Of a DNA stretch of 64,000 bases, positions 1 through 11,309 are shown in pieces. The notes under the pieces were generated by a model. That model made no database searches. It was not told the origin of the DNA and saw nothing but the letters and a program-made list of their open reading frames with translations. The position numbers and the translations under genes were made by a program. The stretch is from Felis catus (Eukaryota). Each line of letters opens with the position of its first letter. Within the stretch, counting starts at the first letter, position 1. The stretch lies in NCBI RefSeq assembly GCF_018350175.1, contig NC_058368.1:81160001-81224000 (forward strand), written 5' to 3'.

Positions 1-494
1 TTCATTAACATGGAACTTGTGCCACCAGCACTGTGTCTTGTGCCTGAAGGAAGTCCACCTAAGGCACACACAAGCCCTGGCTGTCTCGCACCCAGGGGCC
101 ACAGACAGCATCTCGGCACCATGCTGAGGGTCCGCTTCAAACAGTGAAGTTGCCAACACAAAGCACAACCATTGGGAAACGTGGCACTGAAGACCGCAAA
201 AAGGATGCTCACTCTGGATTGGGAGCTGAGAGAGGAAGTCAGGGCTCTGCCCGTTAGGCCTCAGCTGGGAACACGCACGTTAGGTGACTCAGATTTTCCA
301 CCGGTCTGCACCTGTCAGTGGGTGACCACAAAAGCACGGTGATGAATGACTTCGGGCTTACAATAAATTTTAACAAGTAGGCAAATTTGCACACGCAGAA
401 TCTGAATAATACTGAGGATTTGCTGTATACAGTTCCTGGAGACAGAGAGAGCTCCCTACACAAAGATGAAGTCGAGCAGAATGTTTCAGAGACG

Positions 495-700
495 AGGCTC
501 TAATTCCAGCCCTGGCCCTGTCACTGCTGCTCTGTGACGTTGGGAGAGTTACTCAAACCCTCTGTGCACCAGTGGCATCATCTGTAAAATGGGATTCGTT
601 CGTGTGGGTCTACAGCCCAGTGTTGCGGTGAGGTTGGGTGAGGCAGGTCTGGCCCGGCAACGCTTGCTTCAGTAGAGTGAGTTGCTGGGATTATTGTGGA
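495..700 (+). mobile_element. MIR SINE fragment
   Basis: Contains the MIR core 'tgtgacgttgggagagttactcaaaccctctgtgcaccagtggcatcatctgtaaaatggga'. Boundaries approximate. Confidence 0.75.
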
Positions 701-3559
701 TAGTTTCTTGTCCTCCCCTGCAGACATTAGAATCAGACTGTGATGCCCAGTACTCTACACACCTACGTAGGCATTTACTGGTGACCACATACGCATGAAA
801 GTGTCGCTGGGCCCGCCAGCGCAGCACAGGTGCAAAGAAAACTTCTCTATTTCTTATTGAATCTATAAATTTTCAGGCTGAGTTTTTTTCTTGTTCAAGA
901 TCGGAACTAAATATAGGCCGTCCTTGTCTAAATTTGGTAGGCTGAATCTCTTTACTCAAGTCTGGGTCTTGTGGCTATCACCAGCCAGCACTCCCCACCG
1001 AGATTCAATGACGCAGACCTTTTGATGTGAGCTGAAATAAACTGCCCTCTCTCAGGGCTCAAGTCTGGGAACAGGAAGGAAAGAAGGGTGGACACCATCT
1101 GTGAAGAGGAGAGGGAGAGAGCACCGAGGGGGACAGGATGGGTCATGTACCTGGTAGCTTACTCTTCTGAAGAAATGTGTGAAAAACAGAGAAAACAGAG
1201 AATCAAAAACAACTCTGTATATGTGGTGGAAAGACAACACGGGCTAGGAGAACTCTTTGATCGACTCTGGGAAGAACTGAGAATTGAGAATAATTTAATA
1301 AACACCCCCCAAGGCAAGCCATTAGCCTTGGGCATGGAGCTAATAAGAAGTACTTACAACTAGGTTTAGTGCCAAGTAATAGAGACTAAAAATAAAATAA
1401 GAAGAGAGAAGAACTCTTTACAGATTTCTGCTTTATCATGCCTGGTGTTGGCCTTGCTGTCACGGTCCAAAATGTCTGCTGGGGCTCTGACATCAAACTC
1501 GTGTTCCAAGCTGCAGGCTGGAGGGGCGATAGAAAAAAGGTACACTCCTTCCCTTTCAAAGACACTACATGGAACCCTTATATTTCATGGGGAAAACCTT
1601 GCTCACATGGCCACACAGTTGCAAGGGAGTCTGGGAGATATTGCCACACTGTGCCCAGCCAAAAATCCTGGTTCAGTTAATTTTAAAAAGAAGGAAAGTG
1701 GAGATTTGGCCAGTGACTTTCAGCCTCTTCCCCCGGAAGAACCCCTAAGCAGGTGACCTTGTATGAAACACAAGGACATCCTTCCTGGGGCCTAAGCATC
1801 GTTGAATATGAGTCCTCACGGGCATGATGGCAGGAGGGAAACAGGAGTGTGGCTGTCAGAAAAATCTCTCTGGTGATGTCATGTAGGGAGATCAAAGACC
1901 AAAACGGTGCCATGTAACCGTGAGGTGATCGGCCATCCAAACAGGATGTTACATTAATGTAATACAAGTTAATAAGAAGGTGTGGGGAGGAGACTCGACT
2001 GTTATAAAATTGTTTGCAGGAGAATTGTTCCCCAGGAGTAAGTAGTGTAGCACCCAGCATGGCTGTTTTCCCAAGAGAGGCCATCCTACACGCCCTCTGA
2101 GTGTAGACCCCCTAAGCCCCGACAAAGGGGTCGGCCATGCAGCCCCACACCCGGGCCAGCCTTCTGTGTGCCTCCATGCCTTTATGATCGAGCTGGGAGC
2201 AAGGTGTGGAGAGCACTGGGGAAAGCAAAGTGAAGTGGGCCATGTTCAGACTCAGTAGGAAGGACGATGGGGATGGGGAGAGGCCGTGGATGGCATGCCC
2301 CTCAGATGAGGGCAGAGCCCTTCTAAATGTGACAGCACACAGACCTCCAGCCCCGAGACCCTGGGTCTCTCCCGCCACCACCTTCCTCGGCCCCCCTCCC
2401 GCCCTCCCGACGGGGCTTGGCCCGTGCTGTGCCAAGACTGGGCTCACTGCCTGTGGTGTGGGCCACTTTCCGTGGTGGAAAGGCAGGGCCCTGAACGTGG
2501 GCTGGGAAGAGATGCTTAGTGGCTGCACACCCGTGTGCGGTTAGTTACTGGGGAGCAGAGGTAAGAACAAGGTGTCATTAGGAGGGATGGCTTTGAATTG
2601 TCACTGCCTGTGGTTTCAGTGTAACTTGGTTAACTATGAGTTTGTAGAAGTTGATTTTTAATAATGGCCCAGTTTAACAAGCAGCTCCAAAAATTCCTAA
2701 AACTCTAACGACTGGCCCTTGCCAGTGGGAGCAAGATGGCCCCAGCACAAACTACCTTGTTTTCCTGCCAGCCACCTTGCCGCCCGCTCCTGACGGCCCA
2801 CCTGGCCGAGCCCTAGCCAGGTAAGACGTCCCCTCCGACCCACGTACCTGCACCCGAGACCCGGAGACGGGCAAGCACAGCCACGTGTGCCAGGAACCCC
2901 GACACCATGCTCCCAGCGGCTCTGAGAATGAAGGCTCTGAAGCCAGCAGAGCCGGGGCACAGAGACAGAAAGCAAACGTGGCAGAAGACAGAGTCAGTTT
3001 ATCTTGGCTCCGTGAAACCACTCTGACTCCTTGCACCTGCTGTCCTGAAATTTGCAGATTTTCTTTGAATCCCCATCTGGACGTAATCATCACTTAGGAT
3101 GCAGAAAGTTAATTTAGGGGAAGAAAGATCCACTGATCATCCCCACCCCACCCCCAGTGCCTGGTGACTCTGCGTCCGTGGGGAGCGTGCCAGCTTAGGG
3201 TGAATCACCAGTTACTGGGCTTGACTGCTGGCATCTCCTTAAAGGGCCACAGTTGAGTCAATCAGGCATTTAAAACAAACAAAAAAAAAAAAAAAAAGGA
3301 AAAAGATAGACCCTTCCTCCAGTAACGTTTCCCTAGGGGCTGTTTGCCAGTCAACATTCCGGCATCGTAGAAACAGGGCTGATGTGAAGACCCCTAAGGC
3401 TTACTTCCGTTCCTGAAAAAGTATAGGTTTGGGGGTGAGAAATAGATACTCAAGAAAACAAGAAAATGGAGAAAGAGAGGAAATCTTGAAGGGGTGGGGG
3501 CTGAGCACAGAAGCAGGGTCCAAAGTCAAAATCAATTCTGCATCAGTTACGGCTTTTAT

Positions 3560-5400
3560 TACTTTTAAGTCTTCCAGTTTTAGATGCTGGAAGTTTCACC
3601 CCCGTCGCGCCCCACCGCCTTCTCTCCCCACGCATCCGCATCCGGGGTGGCACTGTCACATGCATCTCACGGATGTGCACCACGTACAGGCAAAGGAATA
3701 CTTTTGTATTCTCTTCTCCGTTTGTACACACGAACGGTAGCACCTCATAACACATCATGTTTTGCCTGGATGTTTATCTCAAAGCCTAAGCTGGTCAAGA
3801 TCCGAGAGACTTTTTATTCTCTTTGATGATGACAGACTCATTCCCTTGGATGAATGAACTGTAATTTGTTTAACCAACTCTCTGCTACTGACTGAGTGTT
3901 CCAATATTTTGAAATAAAAATAATGACTAGCGTGCATACCTGAGGGACACATTTCTAAGAGTGAAATTGCCTTCAGTAGTTTACAAGCGTTTTTAAAATT
4001 TTCGTGTGTATTGCCAAATTGCTTCCTATATTAGTTGTGCTGGTGGACACGCCCAACAGACTATAGAGTTCTTGTCTCTCCACACCCTTGTCAGGACCTT
4101 GCCAATCCCAGGCAGACAAGGATACGTCATTTAAAATTTTTTTTTTAATGTTTATTTATTTTTGAGACAGAGAGAGACAGAGCATGAACGGGGGAGGGGC
4201 AGAGAGAGAGGGAGACACAGAATTGGAAACAGGCTCCAGGCTCTGAGCCATCAGCCCAGAGCCCGACGCGGGGCTCGAACTCACGGACCGCGAGATCGTG
4301 ACCTGAGCTGAAGTCGGACGCTTAGCTGACTGAGCCACCCAGGCACCCCAAGAATGTGTCATTTTAGCCGTAATCAGCACTTCTCTGAGTGCGGCCGAAC
4401 ATCTTTGCAAATGCTGACCACCCGTTTATGTTTCCTTCCTGTGACTTCACTACCTATAGACGCTGGACGCTTTCACTGAATTGGAAATGTTTCTTTTCTA
4501 ATTGATTTATAAGAGCCTTTATCGCTTAAGGAAATGGACTTTTCTGCGATTAAGTTACAGACATTGCTCCCAGGTTCTCCTTTGTCTTTTCATTTTGTTT
4601 CTGGGTGCTGGCGTCATTCACAGTTGTTCTTTATTGTGAAGCCAGGTTGCTCAGTCTTTCCTTTTTCCAGATGTCATCAGTTACACAGACCTTATTTTGA
4701 TATTGTCCTCTAAAAAGTATCCTATTCGTCTTAAGATTTCATTTATTATGTCCAAAATTTTGGTCTACTTGCGATGTAACCTGGTTAAAGGTGAGACTGC
4801 CGAGTACCCGCTGTTTCCACGCAGCTTAGACCACCTTTCCCTCCGCTATTTGAAATGTCACCTTCATCGCTTACCAAATCCCTGCATGTACTTGGGTCTC
4901 TTTGTAGATTTTCAGAGCCGTCACGGATCTGTGTATTCTGATACAAACACTGCAATATTTAGTATCTTTATGGCACGCTGTGAGGACTCGTCCCCCTTAT
5001 TCCCTTTCTAAAAGCAAATGATACCATCGGCCAGTCTTGGGTATTTATTTTTCCATACGAATCCAGCGTATCTCATTCTCCCCCCTCAAACAAAAGAGAA
5101 GAATCCCTTGGTGGAGCTTTTGACATTAAACGTGTAGAATCACTTAGGAAGCAGGGTGCCCGTCTGTGACTTACGCATCGTCTTGTTTCAAACAGCAAAC
5201 TTTACTCGTCATTCTCTCAAGTTTACTCCGTGTCTTCAGGAGCATTGAGAGTCTTCTTGTGAATTCTCCCCAGGCACATTGTCATTCTTGGCGCTCTGTT
5301 ACATGGGGTCACTGCTTCAATGTTTTTTCCCATAGTTCTCTGTGTCTTCCGTTTCTGGGCCTGCTGCCTGCTGGGTGCAGTCGGTGGACAGTCGTCCCAG
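3560..5400 (-). mobile_element. Old decayed L1 (L1M-type) 3' fragments, interrupted by a SINE
   Basis: T-rich antisense L1-like phrases such as 'ttcccttggatgaatgaactgtaatttgtttaaccaactc', 'gtgaaattgc', 'attgccaaattgcttc' and 'ttcttttctaattgatttataagagcc'. Confidence 0.55.
4133..4349 (-). mobile_element. Can-SINE (SINEC_Fc-like), full length
   Basis: Reverse complement of GGGGTGCCTGGGTGGCTCAGTC... with (CT)n and A-tail. Decayed TSD aaggatacgtcattt / aagaatgtgtcattt. Confidence 0.95.
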
Positions 5401-5426
5401 ACCTTCTTAAAAACAAGGAAAATTAT

Positions 5427-5634
5427 GGGGCGCCCGGGAGGCTCGGTCCGTTAAGCATCTGACTTCGGCTCAGGTCATGATCTCACGGTTTGTGGGTTCG
5501 AGCCCGGCGTCGGGCTCTGTGCTGGCAGCTCGGAGCCTGGAGCTGCTTCGGACTCTGCGTCTCCCTCTCTCTCTGCCCCTCCCCAGCTTGTGCTCTGTCT
5601 CTCAAAAATAAACATTAAACAAATTTAAAAAAAT
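5427..5634 (+). mobile_element. Can-SINE
   Basis: GGGGCGCCCGGGAGGCTCGGTCCGTTAAGC head, tRNA-derived A/B boxes, CT tract and AATAAA/A tail. Confidence 0.93.
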
Positions 5635-5906
5635 ACAATGAAACTTTTGCCATCTTTCATTCTCGTGCATTTTCTGACCTCTTCATAGTTTGAGAGACAC
5701 AGTTGTCCACAGAAACTCCTTCCCTCTCTGGCTGCAGATTCCTGCGGCCAGGCCTGAAATGTTCTAATCTTTATCGTGGTTCTAACTGGAAGCTGTGGCT
5801 GCTCCAAAAGCTTCCATGATGTCTCTCTGTTCACATCCTCGCCCTTAGGCTGAGCAAGGATGTTCAGGCAGCTACTCTTGGAGCTTCTTCTCTGTAGGGC
5901 GCAAGG

Positions 5907-6333
5907 TGTTACTGATGAGGTTCTGGGGTGATGGGGAGGTCCGGAGCTGACGGCAAAGAAGGGATTCTTGAAGACATCTTTGATGCAAAAAGGTGATTTT
6001 AGTAAAGCACAGGGACAGGCCCCGGCGGCAGGAAGAGCTGCACTGGGGCCGTGAGGAGTGACTGCTTCTATACTGTGGGGTTGGGGGAGGAGGTACAGTC
6101 AAGAGGAAGTTTCTTAAAGGGATTTTCCACGCTAAGGACACAGGGTACTGGAGGCTGGCTATGGTCAAGCTAAGGTTGTTTTCCCTCCAGCAAAGCATTA
6201 GCATTAAGACAGTAGGAGGTTCCTGGAGAAATGTTCTACTCTGGATTTGCCTCAGGTATTTGTCAATGGGCTGCAGGTTATAAGGAAATTCAATTTCATC
6301 TGCCAATTCCTTCTGCCTTTGTTCGCCACATCA
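5907..6333 (-). mobile_element. ERV LTR-like element (probably a carnivore ERV1-type LTR), with further ERV-like sequence to about 6620
   Basis: TG...CA termini (tgttactga...ccacatca), about 430 bp, with LTR-like content. Family not determinable and no clear TSD. Confidence 0.5.
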
Positions 6334-6644
6334 CTGTGGAGGGGAGGGTGATGCTGGGGCTACAGGAAACTGAATCTGTAGGTCTCTGGAGATCAGGCTA
6401 CTGATAAGATTGCCTTTTTCTTGTGATTTACTAAGATATTTGTGAACTGATGGAGAAGCTATCAGTTTAACCATTTATTTTCTGTCCTTTCCTTTGTTCT
6501 TGGGCAGCCAGGAGTGCCTGAGCAATGTCACACACATCCCAGCTGGGGCGGGATGGGGGGCGGAGTGGGGCGATGCTAGCTTGTGCTTGGCCTTCAGGTT
6601 GCCTTGTGGTCCCTCACCATTAGCTTCGAGTTAACCTCTTTTCA

Positions 6645-6849
6645 GTTTTTTAATTTGTATAAAAAGGTTTATTTTGAGAGAGAGGGAGAGACAGCACGTG
6701 TGCACAAGCAGAGGGGCAGAGAATCTGAAGCAGCCTCTGTGCTCTCAGCACAGAGCCTGACATGAGGCTCAGTCTCCCAACTGTGAGATCATGACCTGAG
6801 CAGAAATCAAGAGTCAGGCATTTAACCAACTGAGCCACCCAGGCACCCC
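6645..6849 (-). mobile_element. Can-SINE
   Basis: Antisense SINE ending gagccacccaggcacccc. TSD-like ttaacctctttt / ttaacctcctttt. Confidence 0.92.
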
Positions 6850-6881
6850 AACTTAACCTCCTTTTAAAGGAGGCACGCGTT

Positions 6882-7520
6882 GGGGCGCCTGGGTGGCTCA
6901 GTCAGTTAAGTGTCCGACTTCGGCTCAGGTCATGATCTCAGGGTCCGTGAGTTTGAGCCCCGTGTCAGGCTCTGTGCTGACAGCTCGGAGCCTGGAGCCT
7001 GTTTCGGATTCTATGTCTCCCTCTCTCTGCCCCTCCCCCGCTCAAGCTCTGTCTCTGTCTCTCAAAAATAAATAAACATTGGGGCGCTGGGTGGCTCAAT
7101 CGGTTGGGCGTCTGACTTCAGCTTGGGTCATGATCTCACGGTTTGTGGGTTTGAGCCCTGCATTGGCATTGGGCTCTGTGCTGACAGCTCGGAGCCTGGA
7201 GTCTGCTTTGGATTCTGTCTCCCTTTTTCTCTGCCCCTCCCCCACTCAAGCTCTCTCTCTGTCTCTCAAAAATCAATAAACATTGGGGCGCCTGGGTGGC
7301 TCAGTCGGTTGGGCATCCGACTTCAGCTCGGGTTATGATCTCACGGTTTGTGAGTTTGAGCCCTGCGTCAGGCTCTGTGCTGACAGCTCAGAGCCTGGAG
7401 CCTGTTTCGGATTCTGTTTCCCTCTCTCTGCCCCTCCCCCACTCATGCTCTGTCTCTCTCTCTCTCTCTCTCAAAAATAAATAAACATTAAAAAAATAGT
7501 GAATAAACATTGAAACAAAA
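6882..7520 (+). mobile_element. Three head-to-tail Can-SINEs (6882-7080, 7081-7284, 7285-~7500) inside one TSD
   Basis: Three GGGGCGC(C)TGGGTGGCTCA heads, with copies 2 and 3 each following 'aataaacatt'. Perfect 17-bp TSD tttaaaggaggcacgcg at 6863-6879 and 7521-7537. Confidence 0.95.
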
Positions 7521-10399
7521 TTTAAAGGAGGCACGCGAATTTGCCTCCCCAAAGTGGCTTCCTGGCACTTAACACAGTCTTTGCTTTTCACTCTGTAGGC
7601 CCTGCCCGCCACCGCTGTGCCGCCTGCCCGCCTGCCGCGTCCAGCACAGTGGACCCAACTGGTCTGCGGCCCAGCCGCCCCTCAGCCTAACTCGAAGCTG
7701 GTCTTGAAGGCACAAGGAGGTGGGCACCACCTTTGTCAAGAAATGTCATCGAGAAACCAGGGCATTCCCCCCGGACTTCCTCGGGTCCGTCAGCACGCAC
7801 GTGATGCAGGTGCCGTGCGCCAGCATCCTGGGGCGTCTGTGCCCAACCCGAGGTCCCGATCCTTGTGGTCTGTTACCACCGTTCCCAGGCCTTCGCACCC
7901 ACTGCCGGCTTTGGGATGAGGTCGCTTCTGTCTGCATGGGCCCCAGGAGCCCTGCTTTCTCTCATTGTGCACGCTGAGGTCACACACTGAGTCGCATGTC
8001 CACGAAGGCCTTTCGTCACACAGGGCTCCACCGCACACGTCCCTGAGACACACCTGCAAGGTCGGGCTAGCGGGCCACTCTCTGCCTTCCGTTTCTGGAG
8101 CTTTTTCCTTGTTTATTTAGGGACGCAGAAACAAAACAGGCTGATCAGACACCACCGTGAAAGGCATTAGTAGGTCAAAAGCAAAAGCAGGTGAAAAGCT
8201 CATCCATGCACTGTCTTCAGCAGAGACAACACAGTCCCACCTCATGCAGGGACTCTCCTGCACCCCCTGGGGGACCCCAAAGCACCCCGTAGACACAAGC
8301 TTCCCCAGACACCCAGGATCCTTCCCAAAGCACCTTCAAACTGTGACCATCGTTTGCATGAAGGACGGTACAAAGGAGAATAGACCGTTGGGTTTGCGGA
8401 AGCCAGCCTGGCCTCCTCCAGGACGGGATGTGGATCTGAAGTCATCCCTACCAAATGACAAGCCTATCGATAGCCGGGTTGCTATAACCAGGTGACCCGG
8501 GTCACTAGACGCACTGCTTGTAAGGAAAGCGGTCTGTCCCCTGTGCAGTTTCCAGTCTGCAGAACAGCAGCGCCGTGAAGGACACGGGAGCAGAGGCCAA
8601 GGAAGACGTGCTTCCCCATGATGCTGTTAGAGCAAGAGAAGTACCGAGGGGACCATGAACGTGGGCCGTGTGGCGCCCACCTGCCAGTGACAGACGTGCA
8701 GTGACATTGGGGGGTGGGACCTTGCCGTGGACACTGTGGCATTTCCAGGCCTGGACTGTCCACAGAGAATTACCAGGACAGAGTCAAAAACACACCGAGT
8801 AGGAAGTAGCTGCAGATCAAGGACCCGTTTGCACAAAATGCAGAGCTGTTCAAAGAAACAAGTGTCATCGAGACACGTTGGCCGTTACTTGGCATGAAAG
8901 TTCCAAGGCGGCTGCTCAGTGCGAGGGTGTGATGAAAGGGACGCCCTGAGCTGTGCCTGCTCCTCAGAGCCCATTCTGGAACGGACACCAGTCAGCGGGA
9001 CTCGTCTTTTAAGCACCGCCTCCTGTTTCCCGCCAACTCTGCACGCAGCCTGCGGTGCCTGAGGGAGGCGTTCTTTACCGCGTTTTGTGCTTCTTTCTTC
9101 TCCCGGTTAACCAGGCCTATTTCTCCGGGAGTGAGGTGTGAGAACAGGTGCGCTCCCTGGAGAAGGCCGGGTCCTTCCTGTCATTGGTTCTTGGACAATT
9201 TCATCCTTTAGGACCCCTCCTCTCTCCTGCTAAAATCCAGAAGAAGTAGAGAAAAGTGTCCTTAGCCCAATGACTAACGCACCTGCACCTTTCTGGCTTC
9301 CTTATCAACCTCTCAACCCCAGGAACAGTGAACCCTGGATCAACATATCAGTCGAGGTCGACTTGGATTTGGATTACAAATTGCAATCATCTGAGAGGTG
9401 AGCCGCTGGCATGGGCACCTGACTGTTCTCTGCAGCTGAGGATTAACGGACACACTGCCTGAGCACCTTCTCCGTCTGGTAAGTGCAGGTGCACGCGCCC
9501 TTGCTCCCTGAGACCCGGGCTTTCCGAGGGTGCTGCGCTGTCAGGAAGGCTCTGTGACGTGCGGGGTGCTGTAGGACAGTCATGTGCGTGTTCATTGTGT
9601 TAGTTGGGGGGACTCCGTCTCCAGAATTCACAGAATGTTCCTGCCATTTTTCTGGTTCCTCGAACATCCTGAGTTTTCAGACAAGAGCTAGATTCGCCTG
9701 CTTGGGTGTGTGTGTTCTGGTGGGGGTGAAGAGAATCTCCTATTTTTGTTTCATGATGTAAAAAACAGGTGAGGGGTCCAGGAAATAAATAAGTTAAAGA
9801 ACCACTGGAATTGGGTGGATTGGGTCATAAAAAAGAAAAAAGAGCACAGTGAATAGAGTGAAAAGCTGGAGCAAACTGGGCATGACAGGGACAGGGGGGC
9901 AGGGGGAGCAGTGGGTGCCACAGGGGCTTGAACTTCAGGGGCAGGGCTCCCGAGAGTCCTGTGTGGGACAGGCCTTCAGGAAGGACAGGGAGGGGGTGCA
10001 GATTAAACCAAACCGATGGCTTATACCCACAAAAGTTGAGTGCGGCAGGTGAGGGCTGGCCCCATGGTGTGCCACTGGGCTCCTGGAGCAGGTGGTTTGA
10101 AGAGTGGGGAGACATGGCCTGACCTGCCCAGGCCTGTGCTCTAGAATCTTCTGGGGCCCCAGTGCCATGGGCCCAGCAGTGGGGAGGGTGCCTCTCAGGC
10201 AGCTCCCGCCATGCAAACGGCCCACAGTCACAGGTGAGGGAAGGGCTGTGACCTAAGAACTGCCCATTATTTTGCTATTCTATGAATTCCTGTCCTGTTG
10301 ATATTTTAAAATATGAATCAGCTATTGTTTGATAAAAGTGTACATTTGCAGTGTGCCCAAGCTTGCAGTGTAACTGGTACTTTCAGATCGTTGAGGGTG

Positions 10400-10830
10400 G
10401 GAATATTCTTGGAAAGGATTTGCCATTTATTTTGTGTCACCAAAATGACCTTTGACCTATGAATTCCACTCTGAGGAATTGGAATTTTTTCCTAAGGAGA
10501 AAAACCAAATACCTGAAAATATACATGATCATTCATTTGGAATAGACAAAGATTGGTAAAAAAAAAAAAAGGGGGGGGAATAACTTTATCAATTATGATA
10601 CATATATTGTTGAAATTTTTGAATCTGTTGAGTCTGTTGAAAATTTTTTGAAGCAGTTTAACAATGTGGAAATTGCTAATGACTATAAAATGCCCAATAC
10701 AAGATACAGGCGTGGAGTATACACTTGGATCACATGCATAAGGAACAGTAATTTATGCAAAAGGAATCAACCTTCTCTTTCTTTCATGTTATAATTACAT
10801 GTAATGATAGTTTCTTGTAATTCTTGATGT
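10400..10830 (+). mobile_element. Old L1 3'-end fragment (L1MC/ME-like)
   Basis: 'cctttgacctatgaattccactctgaggaatt' resembles the L1 ORF2 3' 'PFDPAIPLLGIY' region, followed by A-rich 3'UTR-like sequence. Confidence 0.55.
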
Positions 10831-11309
10831 ATTTCAATTTGTGTTCAGCCTCTTGTTTTATACTTTCTGTATCTTCCACACTGTGGTGGACACAGCTCTC
10901 TGTGTCCCCCAAGCTTCCCTACTGCAAAGACACGTTAGAGATTGGTGAGTGGGTGGGGTTATGTCCTACACTACCCCATCTCCCCAGAGAGGAGGTGGGT
11001 TGCCACCCTTGCAGGCCCTGGAGGCCGGGATCTGAGGGCGGTCTCCAGCCAACAGGGCAGTGGGGACTCAGTCCTAGAACCTCACAGACCTCAGTTCTCT
11101 CAACAACCCAGCCTCTTGTGGGAGTGCGGGAAAAAGGCTAGGGCTCACATGGGAGTGTGGCCCCAGCCAGCACCGGGATTCCAGCCCGCTGGGGCCTGAG
11201 CACAGGACCCTGCTAACCCACATCCAGACTCCTGACCCACAGAGCCTGTGAGAAGAAAGGGTGTGAACCAAGTTCAAGGTGATTTGTCGTGCCGCATGAC
11301 AATAAGAAC

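Noticed and set aside
4133..4349. tRNA-like A/B-box sequences at SINE heads (here and about 24 other places)
   Set aside because: tRNA-derived Can-SINE heads with CT tracts, A-tails and TSDs, not tRNA genes.
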